Positions 8,219 to 17,402 of a stretch of 64,000 nucleotides of DNA are shown one piece after another; within the stretch, counting starts at the first letter, position 1, and each line of letters begins with the position of its first letter. This DNA is from a virus (lineage: Duplodnaviria; Caudoviricetes), in IMG/VR virus record IMGVR_UViG_3300028603_000024, positions 38,030 through 102,029 of that record. One strand, given 5' to 3'. The translations under genes and the position numbers were made by a program. The notes beneath the pieces are model-generated. The model was not told the DNA's origin. It saw only the letters and a list, made by a program, of their open reading frames with translations, and did not search any database.

Positions 8219-10900
8219 TTAAGTTCCGTGGGTATCGATACGATAATTATTTCGTAACGATACCGGCGTCGGCGGTACCGCTTCAAAGGTCTCCGCCGAT
8301 TTCCGTCCTCCGTGCTGACTGTCCAAGTTTTTCAGCGCCGCTAAGTCCATTTTACCATAACTCTCCGAAGCGTCCCAAGCCTCCCGGCCCGGCCACGGCA
8401 ACGTCTTGGTCCGCCCCTGAAACAGTACGTCGGGCTGTTCCCATACTTCGCCGCCCTGTTGCCCAAAAGATGCCTGCCACAAAGTCTCGTTAAGCCGGAA
8501 TTTGACAAGCGTACCATACCGACTGGAGGCGTTAAAACTGAAGGAGACGTGGCGCATAAACTCTGCGTTACCGGGTCTGCCGACGGCGTAGGAGCGAGAC
8601 CGTAACACCTTCAAGGCCTCGGAGATACCGTTACGAATCTCGTTAGCGGATTCCTTCAACTCCGCGACTGAGGGGGACTGAGATCGCTCCTCATATTTCC
8701 GGATCTCTGTAGCGGAGGCCGTGACGGCCCCGGAGGCTGTCAGGGAGCCATCAAGAAATAAACGGGGCTTGCCGCCGCTCTTGGAAACAATTGAAGTCAG
8801 GCCTCCGCTGAGCCGCAATTGTAGATCGCCGCAGGTGACGTAGCACGAGGCGGCGCTGAGCGACAACGTGGCAGCGGCGGAAATATCGTCCCCCCGCTCG
8901 GGGGAAACACCGACCAAGTGTCGAACGCTATTCACGGCGTGAGAGACAACATTTTTCCCGATCAAATTTACATCTGCATCTCCGGCGGAAGAGTCCAAGA
9001 CCAGCTCCCCCATAAGACTCCGCAGGTATGCCGTGGCGGACCAAGTCATTAAAGGAGCGCCCTTGGCCTTCAGCAAGATTCCGGAGGAGATACTCTCGGA
9101 GCCGGCGGAAGCGAAATCGATTTTATCTCCTCGCGGGTCCTCAACCCTGTTTTCTATCAAGGTTCCACCGGTGCCGCCGTTGCCGGAGAGGAGGTGCATA
9201 TTACGCTCAGCTTTGGCAAGAACGTCTCCATGCGAGGCCGCAATCTCTACGTTGCGGCCCGCGTTTAGGACCAAGTCTCGAGGAGCCATGACTACTACAT
9301 CTTTGGCCGGCCGCATGACCAGGCTGCCGCGGGGAGATATTTCTACATTGCCCCCGCTCATTGAGATCGTGGAACCATAGCCGTCTTGAAAGACGATGGA
9401 GCCGTCGTCGCAAAATAGCACGAAGGCTCGGCTGGCGTAATACTTTACTTGCGGCCTGCGGTGGTCCACCCGCAGTGTTTGCGACGTCGGCTCATCGGCT
9501 CGGAAGTCCTCTCCGAGCGGTTTCGGGAAATAGTCCTCCCGGGCTCCCGTCGCCGCCGCCGTGGCCCTCTCGTCGGTTACTCTCCAATCCCTGCTGTGGC
9601 CCCGCAGTCCTAACGAGTTGGTGCGAAAGGTGCGATGCGCGTTGTGATCTGCCGCCAGTGATTGTCTCGCGGTGGGATCCTCGGGCCACTGATAATCAAC
9701 TTCGTCTTCCCGGTATTCCGGGGCACCCCAATCGCACTCGTCGTCGGCGTCCCCGGCGGGGTCGTGAGGCTGATGCCGTTCCAGGGGGACAGGGATCATT
9801 ACCGTTTTTTCCAGCAACAAACCTTTAGCGGTTCGCAGGGTCAGAAATCCGTCAATGCCTACTTGGGTCTCTGCGAGACCCTTCCAGAGCTGATCATCTA
9901 CACCGCTAAGACGACCTAGGCCGCCGGGGTTTATGGGGCAAGCCACCCAATTATGCTGCAGGCCGTCGGCAAGATAACCCCCTAATTCGATGTAACGAAA
10001 CAATCCGGACTGATCCCAATGCTTTGCGGCATAACATTCCACCTGCGTTTGGGTTTCAACAGCGGAGGGGTGTGCCGGGATGTCCTCATAGTTGCAGACC
10101 GGCTCCTCGGGGTTCATCGCTCCGAGGCCCTCCCACAGGTAGGGAGTACTTAGTCGTACCTCACTGCCCTCGCCTTGATCGCAGTAGAGTCGTCGATGGG
10201 TAGTCCAAGTCTCCTCTGTCACGGCCTCGGCCAACATATGAATCTCGTTGTCGAGGGCTGAAACGGATAATTGAGCCGCGCCGCCGCGGAGTTGCACCTG
10301 CAGCTTGCCGCCGTGCAACCCGACGCCGAGGTCGTTGAGAAAACCATAATCCCCAGCCACGGTATCCATAGGTCTGCCGTTCGAGAACTCAGGACCCTCG
10401 GGGTTGTCGGTGTCCAATCGCAGGGGGCTGCGGTGTACGGCATCGTAACCTAACCCGATGCCGGCAACGTGAGTCAGGGCGTCGCCGCCGTAGTCAAACT
10501 CGGCGGTGTCGATGCGAGGCGTGGCTCCGAGGATTACGCCCCACGGAGCGTCGGGTCGTTCGAATAACACGAGTACGTGGGTGCCGGGGGCATGGCACAA
10601 ATAGGGGCGATAACCGAGAGCTCCCAAGGTCGCCGGCATGTCGCAGGCCCATCGATCCTCGAACCCGATGCCGTAGACAACGTAGGCCTGAACCCCGCTG
10701 ATATAAGCCTTGACTCGACAGCGTACAATCGAGGGACCCGGGGACGAGAAGTCTCGTCCCTGCCACCCGCAGTCAGCGCCGGGGTCAGCCTCGGTTCGCC
10801 GCTTGTAGGTGGGGACTCCATCACCGGGGATTACGTCAGCCATAGAAGCACCTACGAGAGGGGCGCCCGGAGTTTCAACCAGAAGGAGGGGACTGGTCAA
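8219..10900 (-). CDS. baseplate central spike-like protein (gp5/VgrG-like)
   Basis: 893 aa; OB-fold-like N-terminus (PGTHVLVLF...GVILG) and a beta-helix repeat run DDGSIVFQDGYGSTISMSGGNVEISPRGSLVMRPAKDVVVMAPRDLVLNAGRNVEI. Confidence 0.6.
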   Translation of the reverse strand: MTSPLLLVETPGAPLVGASMADVIPGDGVPTYKRRTEADPGADCGWQGRDFSSPGPSIVRCRVKAYISGVQAYVVYGIGFEDRWACDMPATLGALGYRPYLCHAPGTHVLVLFERPDAPWGVILGATPRIDTAEFDYGGDALTHVAGIGLGYDAVHRSPLRLDTDNPEGPEFSNGRPMDTVAGDYGFLNDLGVGLHGGKLQVQLRGGAAQLSVSALDNEIHMLAEAVTEETWTTHRRLYCDQGEGSEVRLSTPYLWEGLGAMNPEEPVCNYEDIPAHPSAVETQTQVECYAAKHWDQSGLFRYIELGGYLADGLQHNWVACPINPGGLGRLSGVDDQLWKGLAETQVGIDGFLTLRTAKGLLLEKTVMIPVPLERHQPHDPAGDADDECDWGAPEYREDEVDYQWPEDPTARQSLAADHNAHRTFRTNSLGLRGHSRDWRVTDERATAAATGAREDYFPKPLGEDFRADEPTSQTLRVDHRRPQVKYYASRAFVLFCDDGSIVFQDGYGSTISMSGGNVEISPRGSLVMRPAKDVVVMAPRDLVLNAGRNVEIAASHGDVLAKAERNMHLLSGNGGTGGTLIENRVEDPRGDKIDFASAGSESISSGILLKAKGAPLMTWSATAYLRSLMGELVLDSSAGDADVNLIGKNVVSHAVNSVRHLVGVSPERGDDISAAATLSLSAASCYVTCGDLQLRLSGGLTSIVSKSGGKPRLFLDGSLTASGAVTASATEIRKYEERSQSPSVAELKESANEIRNGISEALKVLRSRSYAVGRPGNAEFMRHVSFSFNASSRYGTLVKFRLNETLWQASFGQQGGEVWEQPDVLFQGRTKTLPWPGREAWDASESYGKMDLAALKNLDSQHGGRKSAETFEAVPPTPVSLRNNYRIDTHGT

Positions 10901-10923
10901 AGATCTCCGGGCTTTATTTCATC

Positions 10924-11415
10924 TTAATTTTGCGAGGCCCCCTGCTCATCCCACTCCAGCGAAATGAAGGTGCCCGCGAGGCCTTGCCGAATAATGGGAT
11001 CTGAGGAGGCAACATTCAGATTGATACCGGCAAACACCACACCATTGAGAGCGATGTTCAGGGACCCGCTCCGCGTACCTGATTCCCCGGTCTTGGTGAT
11101 ACAACCCACCGAGGCCTGCAAAGCCAAGATGTTCTCCGAGGCCCGACAAACGCTGGAATATCGCTGATAAAACTCCAGAGACAGACTGCGGGGGCCGATA
11201 GTTTTGGCGATCTGCAGGCTACCGCTGGCCGGCCCGGCTACGAGGTAGGTGGACCCGCCGTCACCGTCGAGATCCCACAAACGAACCACCTGCTGATTGT
11301 AGTTGAAACCGACGGTGTCAAACGACAGGCCGGAGCGGAAACCAGCAAATACCACCTTGGTCGAAGTGGCGTTGAAACCGCCGGCGAAGGTTGTTTTTCT
11401 CTCAAATACATCCAT
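10924..11415 (-). CDS. tail tube protein
   Basis: 163 aa, beta-rich, immediately downstream of the sheath; YNQQVVRLWDL...YLVAG...GSLQI pattern. Confidence 0.7.
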   Translation of the reverse strand: MDVFERKTTFAGGFNATSTKVVFAGFRSGLSFDTVGFNYNQQVVRLWDLDGDGGSTYLVAGPASGSLQIAKTIGPRSLSLEFYQRYSSVCRASENILALQASVGCITKTGESGTRSGSLNIALNGVVFAGINLNVASSDPIIRQGLAGTFISLEWDEQGASQN

Positions 11416-11475
11416 GTCAATTGGCTCCTATGCCTGTGGTGCCGTTATTAGTAACCAGTGGCGGCGTCGCTTAAC

Positions 11476-14208
11476 TTAGCTGACCCGGTAATACAAATCC
11501 AGATTGTCCAAGCCGTAAGGTGTCTGGGCCTCGACTACGACAATAACACTGTCCTTCATCGTTGCATCCTGCCGCGGTCCGTCTGTGATTGTCAGACCGA
11601 GGAGCTGCGGGCCGAGGTTCGAAGACGCCGTTCCGGCTTGATAATACTTTGCGGCGGATCGGATCTCGGTGGCGATGAAGGCCAATGTGTTGTCCGTGAT
11701 ATTTACGGTACCCACAATCTCCTTCAACCGGTTATTGAGGCCGAAGCAGATGGAGTCGTTATTTGAAGTCCGATGGTCTTGCCAGTGATTGGCGTCGCTG
11801 ACGTCGGTTGTCAGGGCCATGCGGGTATAAAGGGCGCCGCCGCTGCGATTCTGAGTAATGACCCAGGTACCGAGAGAGGCCATGATGTCGAGGTCCGACT
11901 CCCGCATGTCCTGCGTAGTCCGCAAAACGCCGGCAAACCCGTTCAGCTCCGCGTTGGTCAAGGGCTGGTGCGGAGCAGCTCCGGACCTCAAGCCGGCGAG
12001 AGCGGCGCAAAGCGACCAACCCGGAGCCGTGGTGCCGTCGGCCAATTCTGCGACGGGCGGCCAAACGTGGCGCACGCGGCGATGCCCGAAGCCGGCGCTG
12101 AAGCCACCGTAACCAGTTGCTTCCTCTGCCCCGCTTCGAGTACGCCAGATCTCGATGCGAGCTTCAACGCTGGTACCGACCGAGGGACCCGAGACGAGAC
12201 GCAACTGGTCCTCGGACAGAACTTCGTCAACGATAGCGGAGTCAAGAGACTCGACGCCGTCGCCGTCGACGCCGTAATTATACCGCACGATGTCCCCGGC
12301 CCGTACGCCGTCGGTTATAAAGTTGCCGTGTTCGCTGGTCACCAAGGTGTACGCGGCGGTGTCGGGATCCAAGCTGAACTGGGCCGTCAGCATCTCGTCG
12401 TCATCGCCGAGATCCGTGACCTTGGCCGTCTTCAAGGAGGCACTGTTCAGCCAAGCGATGCGGAAACGACCGCGAGATGCTGCGGACTGAGCGAGAACGT
12501 GCGCCTTAACCAAGGTTTGAATCTCGGCGGCCTGTGTACAGGGGACTACACCGTAAGCCTCGTAATGGTCCTGTATCAAGGATAACGCTGCGGCGTAACC
12601 GTCGGTGTCATCGCTCTCAACGGCTACGAAGTTAACCGGCTGCCCGTTGCTGTTAAGCAAAGCCAAGTATACGGCGAGACTGAGAGGATTCTCCGGAATT
12701 GCCGGCCCGAGGAGGTTGGTTACGTTCTCCGCGGCGTCCAAGCTGGACATTGCGGCGGCATAGGTCGGCAGTATGGCTCGGTAATCCACGTACAGCGAAC
12801 CGCCGAGCACCGGAAGGTTGATCAGGTTTCCGTTGTCGTCAGCAACCGAGGAATCCGTCAGTGTTAACCCGCTCCGCACCGTCAGGGACAAAGAAGCGGG
12901 TGAGAAATTTTCGCTCGGGTAGGCGTAGTACCGCGAAATTTCTACGTTCTTCTTTATGAAGAGCTGTACGTCCAGGTCCGCCGGGGTGCCGCCGGGGAAA
13001 TCGACGCCGCCAATACTGGAGACGATATCTTCGCTGATGATTGAGGGCAACGAACGGCTGAGTACGAGGGTGTTGCAGGCCCCGTCGGCCGCTGCTGTGG
13101 CGGAGAAATAGAACTTATCCCCCGGGCACGGCGAGGTATCAAAACTGATAACACCGCCGTAGCTACCAACAGCAGTGGCTTCGCCCAGCGGTATCACCTT
13201 GGGACCGTCAACATCATCACCCCTCGATGTGGTGACATTGACAATGGGATCCTCAGTCGTGGCATCGATGCCGACGACGGATATAACGTAGGTACGATCC
13301 CGGGTGCCGGTGTAGTCGGAAGCATCCTCAACTGTCAGGGCGCCTGCGGTGAATGCTTGGCGCACCGTAACCGCGAGAGTGTCCCCTACGGCGATGGTGT
13401 CTCCAGCCGTAATCGTCAGAGTCACCAGCAGACCCCTGGCGCCGACGTAATGAGCTTCGCCGGAGCCCTCGGAGAAAGCCATCTCGGCGACGTTATCGGT
13501 GCCGCTGGCGGTGGTTACGGCAAAGCGGGCCGTAGTCAGATCACCGCCCTGCATCGCTTCCGTGCAAGTGAGGGTGTAGGTTTCCTGTGGGTGGCCGGCT
13601 GCGAGGCCGTCGTATTCGGCGGCGTCGGCTACGATGTCAACACCTGTGAACCCAGAAGCCGTTGAGGAAGCGCCCTCAACAAGCGTACCTTGGTTATTGG
13701 TGTCCGCAGACCCCACGCCGACCGAAGCGGCCACGGTGTCATAGTCAAAGCCGGCCACGGTACTCCAGAATATCTCACCCTCCGCTGAGGTGACTTTGAC
13801 GACGTCTCCGAGCTGCACGTCACGACCTCGGAAGGCGTCGCTGCGTGTGTACCCGTTGGCGGTGCGGAATACTAGATCGGCGGCGACAAGCTTATTGGTA
13901 ACGTCTCCTACCTGAATTACGGAGGCGTCCGTCAAGGGGTCGTGGAAATACCGCAGAAGAGCGTTGTCCAGGAATAGCCGCACGTCGGTGAGATCGACAT
14001 CGGCGCCGGCGGGACGGTTAGGCCAACTGCCGACTACCTCGGAGCCGGTATACGCCCCAAAAGCTCCCAGGGGTTTCTCCTCGGAGTTGGCGTAACGGCA
14101 AATGTAGTAGTGGGGTGCAACGATCACCGCCTGGAGGTTCTCCACCAATTCCGAGGGGGACCGAAGAAACTCTTGATAAATATTCAAACTCGGAACGGTG
14201 CGAACCAT
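11476..14208 (-). CDS. contractile tail sheath protein with large inserted domains
   Basis: 910 aa; N-terminal PSLNIYQEF; core with YGVVPCT, VKAHVLAQS, CAALAGLRSG..PHQPLTN; C-terminal TPYGLDNLDL. Confidence 0.85.
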   Translation of the reverse strand: MVRTVPSLNIYQEFLRSPSELVENLQAVIVAPHYYICRYANSEEKPLGAFGAYTGSEVVGSWPNRPAGADVDLTDVRLFLDNALLRYFHDPLTDASVIQVGDVTNKLVAADLVFRTANGYTRSDAFRGRDVQLGDVVKVTSAEGEIFWSTVAGFDYDTVAASVGVGSADTNNQGTLVEGASSTASGFTGVDIVADAAEYDGLAAGHPQETYTLTCTEAMQGGDLTTARFAVTTASGTDNVAEMAFSEGSGEAHYVGARGLLVTLTITAGDTIAVGDTLAVTVRQAFTAGALTVEDASDYTGTRDRTYVISVVGIDATTEDPIVNVTTSRGDDVDGPKVIPLGEATAVGSYGGVISFDTSPCPGDKFYFSATAAADGACNTLVLSRSLPSIISEDIVSSIGGVDFPGGTPADLDVQLFIKKNVEISRYYAYPSENFSPASLSLTVRSGLTLTDSSVADDNGNLINLPVLGGSLYVDYRAILPTYAAAMSSLDAAENVTNLLGPAIPENPLSLAVYLALLNSNGQPVNFVAVESDDTDGYAAALSLIQDHYEAYGVVPCTQAAEIQTLVKAHVLAQSAASRGRFRIAWLNSASLKTAKVTDLGDDDEMLTAQFSLDPDTAAYTLVTSEHGNFITDGVRAGDIVRYNYGVDGDGVESLDSAIVDEVLSEDQLRLVSGPSVGTSVEARIEIWRTRSGAEEATGYGGFSAGFGHRRVRHVWPPVAELADGTTAPGWSLCAALAGLRSGAAPHQPLTNAELNGFAGVLRTTQDMRESDLDIMASLGTWVITQNRSGGALYTRMALTTDVSDANHWQDHRTSNNDSICFGLNNRLKEIVGTVNITDNTLAFIATEIRSAAKYYQAGTASSNLGPQLLGLTITDGPRQDATMKDSVIVVVEAQTPYGLDNLDLYYRVS

Positions 14209-14212
14209 ATCT

Positions 14213-14228
14213 AAGTCCTCCGTGACTT
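14213..14228 (-). promoter_or_regulatory. hairpin AAGTC-ACGGAG-GACTT covering the sheath Shine-Dalgarno (CsrA/RsmA-type site)
   Basis: 5-bp stem with an ACGGAG loop, ending 4 nt before the ATG. A second hairpin CTCGCAG-GGAACT-CTGCGAG lies at 14232..14251. Confidence 0.5.
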
Positions 14229-14269
14229 GGTCTCGCAGAGTTCCCTGCGAGGAAAATGTTTACACCTGC

Positions 14270-14298
14270 ATTTTACCGTAAGACGAAATAACTCGCCA
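14270..14298 (-). promoter_or_regulatory. promoter TGGCGA-N17-TAAAAT for sheath/tube
   Basis: Intergenic, 17-bp spacer, same GCGA -35 core as two other sites. Confidence 0.55.
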
Positions 14299-14306
14299 CC
14301 AACCGC

Positions 14307-14954
14307 CTACGACGCGGTATCAGAGATAATCTCCGCAATTCTTGGTCGCTGCTGGATCAGTTGCTGGGTGATAGTCCAGCGATAACCGAGGGCTACGGGA
14401 CAGCCCCAACAGCCTTTCCGCTCAGCTACGTGTACGACACCGCCGATTGCGGCAACCGCGAGCTGTTCCAATCCGTACTCCTGGGTTATTGCGGGGGCGA
14501 AGGCGGAAAAAAACAATCCGATCTCATGGGCCAGCTCCTTGGCCTCGTCAGGCACGCTGCTGATGGCCCAGACCACGCAACGCCCCGTCACCAGTTGAGA
14601 TAGCCACTCCGGGTCCTCAACTGTTTCATAGGGCGCGTCCATCCGGCCTCCGACATTTGGCGATTGCCACTGGACTCCCTGCAAACGAATAACGATCTCA
14701 GGCATTCGACCCTCGTCCTGCGGCGCCCAATCGACGTCACGCACGATGCGCACTCGGGACAGGGCGACATCGGGACTCCAGATCAAGGAGGGCTGTCGAT
14801 TACGCATCGTAGCGGTAGCGAAATTGTCGGAGCTGAGAAACATTTGCCTCAAGCACTCCAACAGTATCTTGGAGACAAGGTTCTCGCTCAAGCCTTCATC
14901 AGCGATGGTGCTGACGAGATTGGGGTCTCTTATTCGCTCATCGTAAGGAGGCAT
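14307..14954 (-). CDS. tail terminator/completion protein
   Basis: 215 aa between neck genes and sheath; R-x-P-x-I-V-I motif followed by CVVWAISSVPDEAKELAHEI. Confidence 0.6.
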   Translation of the reverse strand: MPPYDERIRDPNLVSTIADEGLSENLVSKILLECLRQMFLSSDNFATATMRNRQPSLIWSPDVALSRVRIVRDVDWAPQDEGRMPEIVIRLQGVQWQSPNVGGRMDAPYETVEDPEWLSQLVTGRCVVWAISSVPDEAKELAHEIGLFFSAFAPAITQEYGLEQLAVAAIGGVVHVAERKGCWGCPVALGYRWTITQQLIQQRPRIAEIISDTAS

Positions 14955-15092
14955 GGATCAAACTCCAAGGTGGTGCCCAATCCTGAACACGCACGGTCTC
15001 CACGATCTGGACGCCCTCGTTTTTCGACGTCTTTTTCGTCGCCGGTTCCGACGTCGGCTTACTTATCGATTTCGGTCTTCCGTATTCCACCG

Positions 15093-15899
15093 TTATTGCT
15101 CCGCCGGTCGGGGGAAGGAATAAATCACATCGGTGGTTTCTATAGGCTGCAGGGCTACGGCTACGACGAGCGGTAAGCCCCGGATAGCAGTGGCAACTTG
15201 GATATCGGGCTGCGCTACGTACCGCCGATCTGTGTTCTTTTCGATAAAAACGGTGCCCGCCAGCCAGCGAGGAACACCGAGGGCCAAAGCGGGCCGCAAG
15301 ATGATGTGACGGCGGCTTAGAGGTTCTCGCCAATAAGCCTTGGAACTCTGTTCATTCAACCATTCCACCGAAATCGGGTAAGGGGAATGATATCCGCCCA
15401 CTACCCCGGTACTATAGCATACCTCGCATTGGCTGTTGCCGCCCTGGTTTGTGATCTCGTCGCCGCAACGAGTGCATAATTCGCCCCACTCTTTTCGCCT
15501 CAGGAGCCAGCCGTCGCTGCCGGAGCCGAGCCGCATCTTTTGCGTCGCCTGCCTCACAACTTCGCGAGCAACGAGCCAGTCATGCCGAGACAGGCCGGTG
15601 CCTGCTTGTATCGGTTGGGAGTAATGTACTACGTCATCGGCGTCGACGAGTCCGACTCGATACCAGGATTCGGCAAGGATATCGTAACGGTACCGACTTA
15701 AGTCCTGTGCAACCCACGACTCCGAGGTGCTGCCCACGTCGGACCACTCCCCGGGGGATGTGGCGCGCTGGATCTGGAAAAGCCAGGGCCGCGGAAACGG
15801 TAGATCCGTTTTTGGTAGGAAGGATATCTCAGCATCCCCTTGGATGCCGAGGAGGACGGAGACGCGTTCAAAAGGACTGTCTCGAAGCAGGGTATCCAT
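15093..15899 (-). CDS. neck/head-closure protein with a Zn-finger
   Basis: RRKEWGELCTRC...CEVCYSTGVVGGY motif typical of large-myovirus neck proteins. Confidence 0.65.
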   Translation of the reverse strand: MDTLLRDSPFERVSVLLGIQGDAEISFLPKTDLPFPRPWLFQIQRATSPGEWSDVGSTSESWVAQDLSRYRYDILAESWYRVGLVDADDVVHYSQPIQAGTGLSRHDWLVAREVVRQATQKMRLGSGSDGWLLRRKEWGELCTRCGDEITNQGGNSQCEVCYSTGVVGGYHSPYPISVEWLNEQSSKAYWREPLSRRHIILRPALALGVPRWLAGTVFIEKNTDRRYVAQPDIQVATAIRGLPLVVAVALQPIETTDVIYSFPRPAEQ

Positions 15900-15906
15900 G
15901 GGCGTC

Positions 15907-16764
15907 CTAGAACAAACCGCTGGGGACTGAATTAAAGCCGTTCATAATATTTGCTTGATTTTTGAAAGTTTTAATCCACCGCACCCATCGCTCCTGGAAT
16001 AGGGTGGAAAGCTTCAAATAAGCCGCAGCTTTGTTCATGTCATCAACTCGCAACCCGGACCCGGCTATCTCAACCCTGTTCCGCTCATACCAGATCGCAG
16101 CCATCTCCAGCAGGCGGGCGATGACGCCGTCGACCAGGTTGAGAGGGTACGGAAAATTGGTTTCCGTGAAAGAGGTCATCACCGGCGTGGTGGTATTAAA
16201 CTCGTTCACGGCAGCGACGACGGCGTCGTGGATTTCAACGACCGTAAATTCACACTCCTCCAGGATTCGGTTGGCCCGCGGATGGGCGTCCCGCAATCGT
16301 CGTCGTAGATAAGGCACAGAGAGGAGGTGTTGACGAGACTGCGCGCTACGGAGAGATGGCTGCACTTCCAGGTAACCGGCGTTGGCTAACACGAGAAGCC
16401 CGTCTCGGTTAAGCAGGCTGAACTGGAGAAGAAATAAACCCGAGGCAGCCGTAGCCGCTGCCGGCAAGGCGACTTTAAAGGAACCGGTTAAGGCGTCAAC
16501 CGCCGTCGCAGGGGCGGAAAATAACTCCTGCGGTGAGGACCAATGCTCCCGACTATCTGCCAGCACAGAGCCCCCGGAGGCCTCCCATGTATCGTAATCT
16601 ACGCCGTCCTGTGTTGCCAGCCGGGCAACACAGTCCAAGGGGCTGTCAGGGTTAGCGGGATCTCGCAGGAGAAAAGGCGACACCGGTCGTCCCCCCTGAG
16701 GGACGACCAGCGTCGGAATCTGTGGACCATGACCGGACAGCAGATTTTCGCGGGCGAATGCCAT
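15907..16764 (-). CDS. head-tail adaptor protein
   Basis: Ig-like N-terminal half; C-terminal LRRRLRD..P..NRIL...EF...AVNEFN..P helical adaptor pattern. Confidence 0.6.
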   Translation of the reverse strand: MAFARENLLSGHGPQIPTLVVPQGGRPVSPFLLRDPANPDSPLDCVARLATQDGVDYDTWEASGGSVLADSREHWSSPQELFSAPATAVDALTGSFKVALPAAATAASGLFLLQFSLLNRDGLLVLANAGYLEVQPSLRSAQSRQHLLSVPYLRRRLRDAHPRANRILEECEFTVVEIHDAVVAAVNEFNTTTPVMTSFTETNFPYPLNLVDGVIARLLEMAAIWYERNRVEIAGSGLRVDDMNKAAAYLKLSTLFQERWVRWIKTFKNQANIMNGFNSVPSGLF

Positions 16765-16776
16765 AAATTCCCCTTC

Positions 16777-17382
16777 TTACAGCACCTCGCCGCCCTGCTC
16801 AAGCAGGCCGAATCCGGAATCGTCTTCGGTCCCCGTTTCGGTTTCCTCCGCCGCCTCGGTATCGGGCTCGACTTCGTCGATTTCGGTTTCCTCCGCCGCC
16901 TCGGTATCGGGCTCGACTTCGTCGATTTCGGTTTCCTCCGCCGCCTCGGTATCGGGCTCGACTTCGTCGATTTCGGGCTCCTCGGGATCATCGGCCTCGG
17001 CGGGCTCGGCGGCCTTCTCGGGCTCGGACGTTGTCGGGACCGTCGCGGCGGCTACCCGGTCAATCTCAGCTCTCCCGTCCGGCGTGAGAAGATCCGTCGC
17101 CGCAACCGCCCGGCCCGCAGTCTTCTCGCCCGTCTGTAGCAGGGCTTCAACGGAGACCCATTCACCATCTCGCAGTACTTGATGGTCGAGATCGATGTTC
17201 TTGTTCCGCACCTCAGCGGCCAGGGCGGTTACCAGCAACTTGCGGTTCACGCAACTCTCGAGATGTCCGTCAACGATGTATACGGATCCCGGCGCCAGAT
17301 TCTTGCCATACCCGGTATTAATCAGTAGGCGGAAAGTTTTTTTGCCGACTACACGAATTACGGTGCGCATTTTCAGAAACAT
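16777..17382 (-). CDS. hypothetical protein with an acidic repetitive C-terminus
   Basis: 201 aa; contains EKTAG (K-x-A) and a 15-aa acidic repeat. Confidence 0.65.
   Translation of the reverse strand: MFLKMRTVIRVVGKKTFRLLINTGYGKNLAPGSVYIVDGHLESCVNRKLLVTALAAEVRNKNIDLDHQVLRDGEWVSVEALLQTGEKTAGRAVAATDLLTPDGRAEIDRVAAATVPTTSEPEKAAEPAEADDPEEPEIDEVEPDTEAAEETEIDEVEPDTEAAEETEIDEVEPDTEAAEETETGTEDDSGFGLLEQGGEVL
16836..16976. repeat. 45-bp perfect tandem repeat, 3 copies (IDEVEPDTEAAEETE)
   Basis: Unit tttcggtttcctccgccgcctcggtatcgggctcgacttcgtcga. Confidence 0.95.
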
Positions 17383-17402
17383 TCTCTACCGTTCCCTTTC
17401 TG

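Noticed and set aside
8219-14208. T6SS/eCIS/tailocin locus
   Set aside because: Portal, capsid, protease and neck genes show a complete phage virion module.
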